Virus record (IMG/VR): IMGVR_UViG_3300036803_000014 | Location: 1 to 29,869 of that record | Length of the DNA: 29,869 nucleotides | Strand: one strand, 5' to 3' | Origin: a virus | Taxonomy: Duplodnaviria; Caudoviricetes | Shown here: in pieces, positions 16,122 through 23,845 of the stretch | How positions within the stretch are numbered: the stretch's first letter is position 1 | How the letters are laid out: every line of letters begins with the position of its first letter | Notes under the pieces: model-generated | Database searches by the model: none | What the model was told of the DNA's origin: nothing | The model's input: the letters and a program-made list of their open reading frames with translations, nothing else | Made by a program: the position numbers and the translations under genes

Positions 16122-17827
16122 TACGTTGCAAGCGCCTCAAGTTCAACCATCGCCTGAAACCAGGTGACATGCTGCGTCGTCACATGCACAAACCGAACCT
16201 GCATCTTGTCGCGCGCGAGCCCGGCCGGCAGCCACCTTATGCGCCGGTCATACGCGGCGCGCGGCGCGGCCGACGCATAACGGATCTGCGACCAGCGAAT
16301 GCCGTCCGACGAGTACTGCATCGAGATACGCGACGTGTCGCCCGCCTGACCGGTGATGCACTTCAGTTCGACCGATCGCAGCCCGGCAGAGACCAGCGGC
16401 AGCAGCGCCATCGGCCCGGTTGACCGGTGCATCACAGGAGAGCCGTAATGACCGCCAGTAGCGCTATCCAGAAAGCCAACGCGGTTATCAGCGAGATCGC
16501 CGCATGCCCACATGCCGTTAAAGCGCACGAAATTGCGCGCGCGGTAAAAGTCCGCATCGGTTGCCCCGCTATTCAGTTGCGTCCAGAACTTGATGCCCTC
16601 GCTGACGGTCGCGGTTGCGTCGAACACGAGCGTTTTCGTCGGCAGATGCACATACAGTAGTTCCGAATCCTCAAACGAGATCGCCTCCAGCGTCACAACC
16701 GCGACCTGATCGGCTGTCAGCTTCGCAATCTCGAAGTCGACCGCAGCCGACGAGATCTTGGCCGGCGCGTTGCCGTTGAGAATCCACACGCCGTTTGGCA
16801 TGTTCCGGCCGCCGCCGATCCATGCGAGCGAGCGATTGAAATAGCACATGGTCTGGCGCGAGACGCAGCCGATGTCGAACGTGTACGACTGCTGCACGGT
16901 GAACGGGAAGTTGTTGCCGCCCGTATTCGCCATCGTCTGGTGCGTGTTCTTGCCGCCGATGTAGAGCTGATTGTTCAGCTTGTAGATATAGGTGATGCCG
17001 TCCGGATCGTATTCAGCGCTGCCGAAGAAGCCGGGAAAGAACGTCAGGTTGACCAGCGAGCTACACCAGACGTCAACGCCGTCCGTCACCACCACGTAAC
17101 CGGCCATGAAACAGGCGTCGACGATCGGCGTGATGCCGGCCGATTTGCTCATGTCGACCTGAATGAAGTTGCCGAGGCTTGTCCATGTCACGTTGAACGC
17201 CGCACCAGTGCCGCCGCCGCTCGACAGCGTCTGTACCACCGGGTTGGGCGGGATGAACTGCGTGAGCACTTGCGGCGCGTTCTGAATACTGACGCCAGTC
17301 ACGCCACCAGCCGCCGAAGTCACCAGCAACGTCGCATAGATGCCGAGCGGGCCGAGCGTGATCGTGTCGCCTGCGTTGTATCCCGCGCCCGCGTCCAGAA
17401 TCGAGACGCCCGTAATGTGGCTGAAACCGTTCGGCGTGTAGTAGTACAGGTTGTTCGCGCTGACGATCAACAGGAAGTCGAAGCTGTAATCGAGCCGGCA
17501 GCGCAGCCCGTCATTCGCCACCGTGCCGAGCTTCGTGCGCGTGCCGTCCGTCGCATAGGAATAGACCGATGCGCCCTGTACGCGGTACATGATGCCGTTC
17601 CACAGGATACCGCCGCGATCTGACTCGCCGGTTGCCGACGATGCGAGCCATTGCGTGAGGCCGCCGTGCGATGTCGGCGTGCCGGCCTTCTGGTTCGTCG
17701 AGATCTGGCGCAGCTTGAGATTGACCGCGAATTCCGCCTGCACATTGCCGTCGTCAGTCGTGACCGTTCCGCCCGACATGAGTGGCACCGAGAACGGCTG
17801 AACACTGGCGAGCGGGACTTGAGCCAT
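16121..17827 (-). CDS. Tail hub / packaged-DNA stabilisation protein, P22 gp10 family
   Basis: DRGGILWNGIMYRVQG, GSAEYDPD, LYVHLPTKTLVFD, YSSDGIRWS motifs. Confidence 0.88.
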   Translation of the reverse strand: MAQVPLASVQPFSVPLMSGGTVTTDDGNVQAEFAVNLKLRQISTNQKAGTPTSHGGLTQWLASSATGESDRGGILWNGIMYRVQGASVYSYATDGTRTKLGTVANDGLRCRLDYSFDFLLIVSANNLYYYTPNGFSHITGVSILDAGAGYNAGDTITLGPLGIYATLLVTSAAGGVTGVSIQNAPQVLTQFIPPNPVVQTLSSGGGTGAAFNVTWTSLGNFIQVDMSKSAGITPIVDACFMAGYVVVTDGVDVWCSSLVNLTFFPGFFGSAEYDPDGITYIYKLNNQLYIGGKNTHQTMANTGGNNFPFTVQQSYTFDIGCVSRQTMCYFNRSLAWIGGGRNMPNGVWILNGNAPAKISSAAVDFEIAKLTADQVAVVTLEAISFEDSELLYVHLPTKTLVFDATATVSEGIKFWTQLNSGATDADFYRARNFVRFNGMWACGDLADNRVGFLDSATGGHYGSPVMHRSTGPMALLPLVSAGLRSVELKCITGQAGDTSRISMQYSSDGIRWSQIRYASAAPRAAYDRRIRWLPAGLARDKMQVRFVHVTTQHVTWFQAMVELEALAT

Positions 17828-17994
17828 TATTTCTTCTTCGCGACGCGCTTGAGAGCGGGATTGGCCTTCTTCGCAGACGGCGACGCCTTGCGCGCAGCGC
17901 TTGCGAGGATCGCGCCCGCGTTCTTCATCGGAATGCCTTCCTTGCGCGCGATGCCCTTCTGTGCGGATTCAAAGCCGGGATGAGCTTTCTTCAT
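17827..17994 (-). CDS. Small very basic protein, 55 aa
   Basis: Not in ORF track; MKKAHPGFESAQKGIARKEGIPMKNAGAILASAARKASPSAKKANPALKRVAKKK; GGAG RBS; stop overlaps the gp10 ATG (TAATG). Confidence 0.75.
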   Translation of the reverse strand: MKKAHPGFESAQKGIARKEGIPMKNAGAILASAARKASPSAKKANPALKRVAKKK

Positions 17995-17996
17995 GG

Positions 17997-18365
17997 TCAG
18001 GCTCCAGACTGAGGCGAGTAAAAGACTTCAACGCCCGACGTATTTGCTGCGGCCAGCACCGTCGCATCGTTGTCGGCCGGGTTCAGCGTCACGGCGATTT
18101 GCAGCCCGAGCTTCATTGCGCATGTCTCAACGCCCCAATCAATGCGCTGCGGTACGTTCGCCGGGATCTGGAACGTCATCACCGGAACGTCGGTGCCTAG
18201 AACGGGCGCTGTGGCCTTGTCGAACACCTTCAGGTAGCACGTGACCGACGACCACGCGCAGAAGCCGTCAAGGCCAGTAGGAACAGCCGAGAGTGAGTTC
18301 TGGTTCGTCGACGCAGCCGTGACCAGGTGGAATTTCTTCAGTGAGCTGATAGCCGTGACGTTCAT
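17997..18365 (-). CDS. Beta-rich putative virion protein
   Basis: 122 aa, YLKVFDKATAPVLGTDVPVMTFQIPA; coupled within the structural cluster. Confidence 0.6.
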   Translation of the reverse strand: MNVTAISSLKKFHLVTAASTNQNSLSAVPTGLDGFCAWSSVTCYLKVFDKATAPVLGTDVPVMTFQIPANVPQRIDWGVETCAMKLGLQIAVTLNPADNDATVLAAANTSGVEVFYSPQSGA

Positions 18366-18592
18366 TACGCGCCCCCGCCAACGCCTGAGCCAGTGCCGCC
18401 CGCGATCAGATCAGCCTGATTCGCCACCGCGATGAACCAGTCGCGCAGCGCCTTCGACTGCACGACATTGGCCGTTGCGGCGATCTGCGATAGCGCGACT
18501 GACACATCTCGACGGAAGCCAAACGGATCGGCCAGCGTTGCGGGTGCGGCGGGCAATTCTGACCAGTGCGGATTCTTCTTCGTTGCAGGCAT
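18365..18592 (-). CDS. Hypothetical protein, 75 aa
   Basis: Start at ATG 18592 with GGAGG RBS; TAATG coupling to the next gene. Confidence 0.6.
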   Translation of the reverse strand: MPATKKNPHWSELPAAPATLADPFGFRRDVSVALSQIAATANVVQSKALRDWFIAVANQADLIAGGTGSGVGGGA

Positions 18593-18600
18593 GAAGCCTC

Positions 18601-18813
18601 CTAGAGTGCGATCTTGATGACGTTGCCGGCCGAGACATCGATCCACAGCTCACCCGAGCCGGCCACCGGCTGGACGGTCGGGAGTTGAGCGAGAGCCTGA
18701 AGCAGCAGATTCAGCGATGTGCGCTGAGTCGTGCCACTGGACGACGAATAGAGCGGCACCTGATCACTCTGTTGCGGCGTCTGGTTGAACGGTAGATCGT
18801 TGATCGTTGGCAT
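18601..18813 (-). CDS. 70-aa protein resembling the tailspike N-terminal peptide
   Basis: MPTINDLP...SDQVPLYSSSSGTTQRTSLNLL; GGAG RBS before ATG 18813. Confidence 0.65.
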   Translation of the reverse strand: MPTINDLPFNQTPQQSDQVPLYSSSSGTTQRTSLNLLLQALAQLPTVQPVAGSGELWIDVSAGNVIKIAL

Positions 18814-18814
18814 G

Positions 18815-19324
18815 TCAGGCTCCGTGGCAGGCAAATTCGCCGTGCGTCAAATCACGTGCAAGGCCAATGAATTCCTTCGCGTCGTCGAGATCCTTGAAGT
18901 GACCCAGCAGACGCTGCTTGCCTCTGTAATTGATCATTGCAGCCCATTTCTTCTGCTGCTTGCTCCAGTGGACACCCTTCACGCCTGACTTGTTGTTGCT
19001 GAATTGGCCGCGATTGCACATATTCTGACCGGGTGCTGCATGCCTGATGTTTAGCCAACGATTGTCAGACTCGATTCGGTTTTCATGATCGACCTGATGA
19101 GTAGGCCACTCGCCCGTTATCCAGAAAATCGCAAGGCGATGCTCCAGATACAGTCGGCCATTAACCGAGACGCGGCGATATTTCTTTCCCTTCGCATTCC
19201 CATTTGTAGAGCCGGCGCGCTGCCCAGCGGCGCGGTTACCGCTGCTCTTCACCCAAGTGAAAACACCAGTTTCCGGGTCGTAGTGGACGATTTCTTTGAG
19301 TTGAGACTGAGTCAGCACGATCAA
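18815..19324 (-). CDS. Free-standing HNH endonuclease with AP2-like C-terminal domain
   Basis: YDPETGVFTW, HRLA, GEWP...VDHENRIESDNRWLNIR, NKSGVKGVHW...KWAAMI...LGHF. Confidence 0.88.
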   Translation of the reverse strand: MIVLTQSQLKEIVHYDPETGVFTWVKSSGNRAAGQRAGSTNGNAKGKKYRRVSVNGRLYLEHRLAIFWITGEWPTHQVDHENRIESDNRWLNIRHAAPGQNMCNRGQFSNNKSGVKGVHWSKQQKKWAAMINYRGKQRLLGHFKDLDDAKEFIGLARDLTHGEFACHGA

Positions 19325-19842
19325 ATCCCCAGAATATTGTTGTCACCATTCCAGAGTTCCATATCTGGATCGATATGCGAATCTGGACCGGCATCTAAGC
19401 GTGGTGGGCGTTGCGGATAGAATTGCACGCCATCCGCCCACGGCTGATTTCCGCTCCCAACGGGCATGTTGCTGGGCCGCTGATATTGAGGCACGGTCTT
19501 GCCGAAGAAAAGCAGGTTGTCGCGTGCAAGCTTGAGCTGAGCCACGGTGACCGACGACAGGTTCTTGCCGATGCTCGGCGCGGCCACGATCGCAGCAGAC
19601 AGCACCACGAGATTCACGAGCCCCACCGGGATATTCACGACGGTCGCCGAGTTCGCCACATCGGGCGTATCGGCATAGCTCCAGCCTGGAATCCGCGCGC
19701 CCTTCGTTTCAAGCTCGGCGAGGTTCGCATCAAGCCGATTGCAGATCCGCGCCATTTCCTCGGGTGGGAAATCGTAAACGACCCCGGAGAGTCCAAGCTC
19801 TGCGAGGCCGTTTTCAACGAAATACGACTTGGGAGCCTTCAC
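19321..19842 (-). CDS. Head-tail adaptor, P22 gp4 family
   Basis: ELGL...YDFPPEE...RLDANLAEL, IVAAPSIGK, PSNMPVGSGN motifs; GTG start coupled to the previous gene. Confidence 0.8.
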   Translation of the reverse strand: MKAPKSYFVENGLAELGLSGVVYDFPPEEMARICNRLDANLAELETKGARIPGWSYADTPDVANSATVVNIPVGLVNLVVLSAAIVAAPSIGKNLSSVTVAQLKLARDNLLFFGKTVPQYQRPSNMPVGSGNQPWADGVQFYPQRPPRLDAGPDSHIDPDMELWNGDNNILGI

Positions 19843-20120
19843 GGCGCGCTCTGCTCAGCCGCTTTCGCCTCGCGCGCAGCCTTCGTACGCCCGTCGAGCT
19901 TCTTCGTAGCCTCGTCGATCTGCGACTGAAGTGCGACGTTCTCGGCTTCGACCGCAGCAGTGTCAGCTGCCGTCAACGCCTCGTTGGCGTCCGTGAACCA
20001 GCCCTCGGACTTGTACGCTTCGAGCTCAGACTCATCGATCACGCGCTGAACCAGCTTCCCCCATACCTTTTCGCCCTCTCCAGCAGCGAGATCGAGCGGC
20101 TTGAAAATAGCAATCGACAT
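19839..20120 (-). CDS. Small protein of the type usually found between coat and gp4 in P22-like phages
   Basis: KVWGK...VIDESELEAYKSEGWF motif; family assignment from recollection. Confidence 0.55.
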   Translation of the reverse strand: MSIAIFKPLDLAAGEGEKVWGKLVQRVIDESELEAYKSEGWFTDANEALTAADTAAVEAENVALQSQIDEATKKLDGRTKAAREAKAAEQSAP

Positions 20121-20174
20121 GGCTTTAGTCCAATTCGTTAGGATTACCGCGCATTTTATACCGTTTCCGATATA

Positions 20175-20453
20175 TCAACGCATTTCGGACTTGACAATTT
20201 TCACTTGAACAGCCGGCGCACCGTCTTTGCCGCTGAGCGTCGCGTCGATCTCGGTTGGGATCAGCTTCGAGAAAAGCTGGTAGAACTGAGTCGGGTTCGC
20301 CGACGCCCATTTGACGAGCGCCTCGATTCCGCCCAAGTCATCGAACGCTTGCCGGAACGCTTCCTTGACGGCGGTCGTCGTCTTGTTCGGCGTTCCCTTC
20401 TGACGGCCGCCTGTCTTTGGTGATCCTTTTGGCCTTCCAATATTTCCCGGCAT
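20175..20453 (-). CDS. terS: Terminase small subunit-like protein
   Basis: GRPKGSPKTGGRQKGTPNKTT...FYQLFSKLIP...LSGKDGAP; first gene of the virion region. Confidence 0.65.
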   Translation of the reverse strand: MPGNIGRPKGSPKTGGRQKGTPNKTTTAVKEAFRQAFDDLGGIEALVKWASANPTQFYQLFSKLIPTEIDATLSGKDGAPAVQVKIVKSEMR

Positions 20454-20485
20454 GATAGTTTCTACCTATCGTCTAGTTAAGAAAT

Positions 20486-20668
20486 TTAGGACTGCTTGTG
20501 CTGCTCGTTGACAATCTCCCCGTACAGGATCTGTGAGGCCGCGATCAGTTCCCGCGCCTCTGCCAGAGCCTGCTCGTGTCGCTCGACAGCGAGAAGCACC
20601 GTGAGCCTGTCCATGCGCTTCTTTGCCTCTCTCAGCCATTCGCCGCTGTTGCACTCTTTCATGATCAT
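20486..20668 (-). CDS. Hypothetical helical protein, 60 aa
   Basis: AGGGGA RBS; fits the gene packing. Confidence 0.5.
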   Translation of the reverse strand: MIMKECNSGEWLREAKKRMDRLTVLLAVERHEQALAEARELIAASQILYGEIVNEQHKQS

Positions 20669-20679
20669 TTCGTTTCCCC

Positions 20680-20766
20680 TTAGAAGCAGCGATACCAGTA
20701 CTTGTATCTGACATAGGTGCTAACTGCGATGACCAGCGCACAAACAATCACTTTCATCACGCTCAC
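20680..20766 (-). CDS. Membrane microprotein, 28 aa
   Basis: Not in ORF track; VSVMKVIVCALVIAVSTYVRYKYWYRCF; GTGA coupling. Confidence 0.4.
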   Translation of the reverse strand: MSVMKVIVCALVIAVSTYVRYKYWYRCF

Positions 20767-21017
20767 TGGCATGCCGTCTCTCCCTTCACATCGAACTCAC
20801 CGCAGTAGTCGCCCTTTTGGACGACTGGCGAAACACCGTTGCCGTCAGCATTGGCGACTGGCGGCATGCGCTTGCATACGATTACATCCGTCATACCCTG
20901 CAAGTAGGAATGCGAGGGGAGCGAGTGCATCGGCGGCGCGACATATCGCTTTTCAGCGTGACCGAACCGACAGCATTCGCAACGGTCGGGCCTCACAGGA
21001 ATTGAAATCGCGAACAT
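20763..21017 (-). CDS. Cys-rich small protein (putative metal binding)
   Basis: CECCRF...CKRMPP...DYCGEF; start at ATG 21017 overlapping the upstream stop. Confidence 0.6.
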   Translation of the reverse strand: MFAISIPVRPDRCECCRFGHAEKRYVAPPMHSLPSHSYLQGMTDVIVCKRMPPVANADGNGVSPVVQKGDYCGEFDVKGETACQ

Positions 21018-21337
21018 CAGGCTTCCCCCTTGATCCTTTGCCACATGCTGAAGCGTTGCAGACTGCGCTGCGCCTGCTCGTCGGTCATCGAGGCGATGGC
21101 GATCTTCTCGAAGTAGGCGTTGCGGATGTGCTCGTTGTCCGCCCATTCGACCGGCCACGCGCTGAGATAGGCCCATCGCGCCCATTCGACCGTTTCAGAG
21201 CTAACCGGATAGCCGTCGCTCTCCAGCCCGCTGATCACGCAGAAGTGCTCGAAGTCGGCCTCGAACTTCTGCCACTGTTCGGGCGTCATGCGGGAGCGGG
21301 CGATGGCGAGGGATTTAGTGGGGTTGCCGTAGCTCAT
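21017..21337 (-). CDS. Hypothetical protein, 106 aa
   Basis: Start at ATG 21337 just after the upstream stop. Confidence 0.5.
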   Translation of the reverse strand: MSYGNPTKSLAIARSRMTPEQWQKFEADFEHFCVISGLESDGYPVSSETVEWARWAYLSAWPVEWADNEHIRNAYFEKIAIASMTDEQAQRSLQRFSMWQRIKGEA

Positions 21338-21339
21338 GG

Positions 21340-21525
21340 TCAGAACGGCTGGCCGTAGAAGTCGCGCTTGCTCATCTGCATCATGACCGGAGCACTGCGC
21401 GGCGGCCCGCCGATGAACGCGCTGACCATGTAGCAACGCGCCGCGCGCTCGCGCTCTTTTGCACCCCGGAACAGACAGGCTCGCGCTGCCCTGGCTTGCC
21501 TCGATTCTTTCGTCTTGGTGAACAT
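21340..21525 (-). CDS. Hypothetical basic protein, 61 aa
   Basis: AAGGAGA RBS before ATG 21525. Confidence 0.5.
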   Translation of the reverse strand: MFTKTKESRQARAARACLFRGAKERERAARCYMVSAFIGGPPRSAPVMMQMSKRDFYGQPF

Positions 21526-21541
21526 TCGTTCTCTCCTTGGG

Positions 21542-22054
21542 TTAAACAAAATGTCGTTGGGCGTAGCGGCCCAGCAAAAGGGCATCAGCTCTGCCATCGT
21601 GCTTTGCCAGCGGGCAATGCTGATTGCCGAAGAGTTGGCGAGCAATGCGCAACGACTGCTGCTTCGTCGTCTCCGATGGCGTCGTCTTCACTCCAAAAAA
21701 ATATTGCCACTCGCGCGGCGTCACGAATGCAACGTCAAAGCCTGACAGCTCGCAGACCGTGCATATGACCGCTTTGGTAGCGGCCAGTGATGCCTGCGAT
21801 GACATCGAGCCCTTGCGTTCCTCACCGCCGCCCATGAATGCATGCATGGCCTCCATCACGACGATCGCCGCTTCGTCAGCCGGGATGAGCCTGCGCAGAA
21901 TGTCGCGCAGCGCCTTGGGATCGACCTCGTTTTTGGTCTTGCCTGAGGCCTTCGGAACGGGCCGAGTGGGCATGTCATGCACGCCGCGCACGCCAGCACT
22001 GTCCAAAGCTGCGATGGCGCCAGACAGGCCCGGATCAATCGAGACGATCAGCAT
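21542..22054 (-). CDS. RuvC-like Holliday junction resolvase
   Basis: IVSIDPGLSGAIA, VVME, VTPREWQ, HDGRADALL acidic catalytic motifs. Confidence 0.85.
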   Translation of the reverse strand: MLIVSIDPGLSGAIAALDSAGVRGVHDMPTRPVPKASGKTKNEVDPKALRDILRRLIPADEAAIVVMEAMHAFMGGGEERKGSMSSQASLAATKAVICTVCELSGFDVAFVTPREWQYFFGVKTTPSETTKQQSLRIARQLFGNQHCPLAKHDGRADALLLGRYAQRHFV

Positions 22055-22497
22055 GTAGCCTCCCATAGAAGTTTTTGACCACGCAGCAGCTGAGCGGTAT
22101 CAATGCGCGGCCGAGACGGCGTGTTCCAATTTCCGCCGCCGCGCTCGCCGATCAAGGTGAAACCTGCACCGCGCAGACTGGCGCCGCCCTCGGCGGGCAG
22201 CGTGTAGGTAATGAGCCGCCGATAGCCCATTGCACGCGCGGCACGCCACGCAGCGCGATAGAGCATTGAGCAGGCATTACGGGTGCCGTCAGTGCAGCAG
22301 CGATTTACCTCAAGCGTTAGCCCGTCGTCATTGCCGCGCGCGACGGGACGACCGATGACTGCCACGCCGACGATCGCAGATTCGGAAGCGACGCCAATCG
22401 AGAACTTGTGGCCGACAACAGGATCGTGATGGCGATGGATCGCCTCAACCAAAGCGTTCGCCTCTTCGAGAGATACCGGCACGATGACCAGGCTCAA
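22048..22497 (-). CDS. XF1762-family / Mom-like protein
   Basis: HRHHDPVVGHKFSIG, GRPVARGNDDGLTLEVNRCCTDGTRNACSMLY, ITYTL...GASLRGAG; TTG start coupled to the upstream stop. Confidence 0.75.
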   Translation of the reverse strand: MSLVIVPVSLEEANALVEAIHRHHDPVVGHKFSIGVASESAIVGVAVIGRPVARGNDDGLTLEVNRCCTDGTRNACSMLYRAAWRAARAMGYRRLITYTLPAEGGASLRGAGFTLIGERGGGNWNTPSRPRIDTAQLLRGQKLLWEATC

Positions 22498-22637
22498 AGC
22501 ACTCTCCCCGTAACGAACATTGCGAGAGCGATCGACTGCACCGCCCACCAGGTGAATTGCCGATGCGTGATGCGCCGGTCATGCAGCGCGATCGAGAGCG
22601 CGGACAGGAGGAAGAAGAGCAGGACTGTGGTGGTCAT
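22494..22637 (-). CDS. Membrane microprotein, 47 aa
   Basis: Not in ORF track; MTTTVLLFFLLSALSIAL...WWAVQSIALAMFV; AAGGAG RBS and ATGA coupling. Confidence 0.55.
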   Translation of the reverse strand: MTTTVLLFFLLSALSIALHDRRITHRQFTWWAVQSIALAMFVTGRVL

Positions 22638-23198
22638 GCTGGCTCCTTCGAATTGATCAAAGGCTCTTTAGCTCGCATATATGCGGCATGCGCTTCTTCG
22701 GCCGTCGCGTACATGCCAAGCGAAATCTTCTTCCCGTTTATCTCGATCCCCGCGCGGAAAGGTTTCGAATAGCCACGCTTGTCGAAGCTCACGCCGAGCA
22801 ATCCGGTCGAATTGGACGCGTAAGCCTCACGCCTGTTCAACGAATTCAGCGAATAGTCAGCCAACCGAAGATTGAAGAAACGGTTGTCGCTTCTGTTCGT
22901 GTTCTCGTGGTCGATCATCGAGGTGGGCCATTCCCCTTTCATGTGGCGCCATGCGAGGATATGAGCGCGAAACATATGGCTTTTGAAGTAGATGACCTTG
23001 TAACCGTCCATCATGCTCAAGTCGGCACGCTGACCTGACTTTTCGCCAGCTGAGTAGGTCAGTTCTCCAGAAACCGGATCGTATGAGGTGATAGCGATGA
23101 GGGCTTCGCCGAGAAATGGACGCTTCCGATTTCGACTTGAGGGCGGAAGTTTTTCCGGCCCGCGTACGCGCGCGCTGCGTAGTGGCGTTCATGCTCAT
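22634..23198 (-). pseudogene. HNH-AP2 endonuclease with disrupted 5' frame
   Basis: HNH core (GEWPTSMIDHENTNRSDNRFFNLR) and AP2-like tail intact. The conserved YDPVSGELTY segment lies in frame upstream of TTG 23020, but that frame has no ATG/GTG before an upstream TGA. The coupled ATG at 23198 is in another frame. Confidence 0.6.
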
Positions 23199-23845
23199 GG
23201 CGTCTCCCACAGTTTCTTGCCGGCAGCGCGATAGCCTTCGATCACGCCGTTGCGGATGGTCTGATACTCGGCCTTGAGCTCGGCGTCGGCGCAATCCTCG
23301 ATGACCTTGCGGCCGGCGCTTGAGCTGATCGCGTCAGACGCGCCCCGGATCGATTCGTAGCTCAATGCCTTGCCACTTGACGACTCGCCGCGCATGAGCA
23401 ACTTGAACGCCCATTCGGCGGTCGGCTCTTTGGGTTGCATAAGCGGCGCCATGATTGCGCGCATCTTTGCCATGTTCTCGCCGACGACGTGCACATCGGC
23501 CCGCGTCTGGTCGGTCAGCGATTCAGACCGCGGCATTTCGTGGAGGCGCATCTGCTTGCAGAGGCCGTAGAACTCGGGCAGCGTCGGCGCGAACTTGAGC
23601 GACATGAGCGAATCGACGCCGGCCTTAAGCTCTGCCGTGGAAAGCCTTTTCAGGCCTTTGCCCCATTCGACCTTGACGCCAGCCAAGTCCGTGTCACGCC
23701 ACTGGTCGAGAAAGCGATTGCCCCACATGCGCAGCATCTTTTCGAACAGCGCAGTCACCCAACGCTCGGGCGCGGCATCTTGCGGCCACGGCTCAGCCGA
23801 GGAGTTTGGCGTTGACATCGATGACGTTTCCGTTGGGTGGTTCAT
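23195..23845 (-). CDS. Replication protein P-like (helicase loader position)
   Basis: WVTALFEKMLRMWGNRFLDQW...W...L...G...PTLPEFYGLC; follows the initiator. True start may be ATG 23818. Confidence 0.6.
   Translation of the reverse strand: MNHPTETSSMSTPNSSAEPWPQDAAPERWVTALFEKMLRMWGNRFLDQWRDTDLAGVKVEWGKGLKRLSTAELKAGVDSLMSLKFAPTLPEFYGLCKQMRLHEMPRSESLTDQTRADVHVVGENMAKMRAIMAPLMQPKEPTAEWAFKLLMRGESSSGKALSYESIRGASDAISSSAGRKVIEDCADAELKAEYQTIRNGVIEGYRAAGKKLWETP

Noticed and set aside
20144-20180. Possible promoter between terS and the post-coat gene (TTGATA...TAAAAT)
   Set aside because: Spacer is only 14 bp; suggestive but not supportable.
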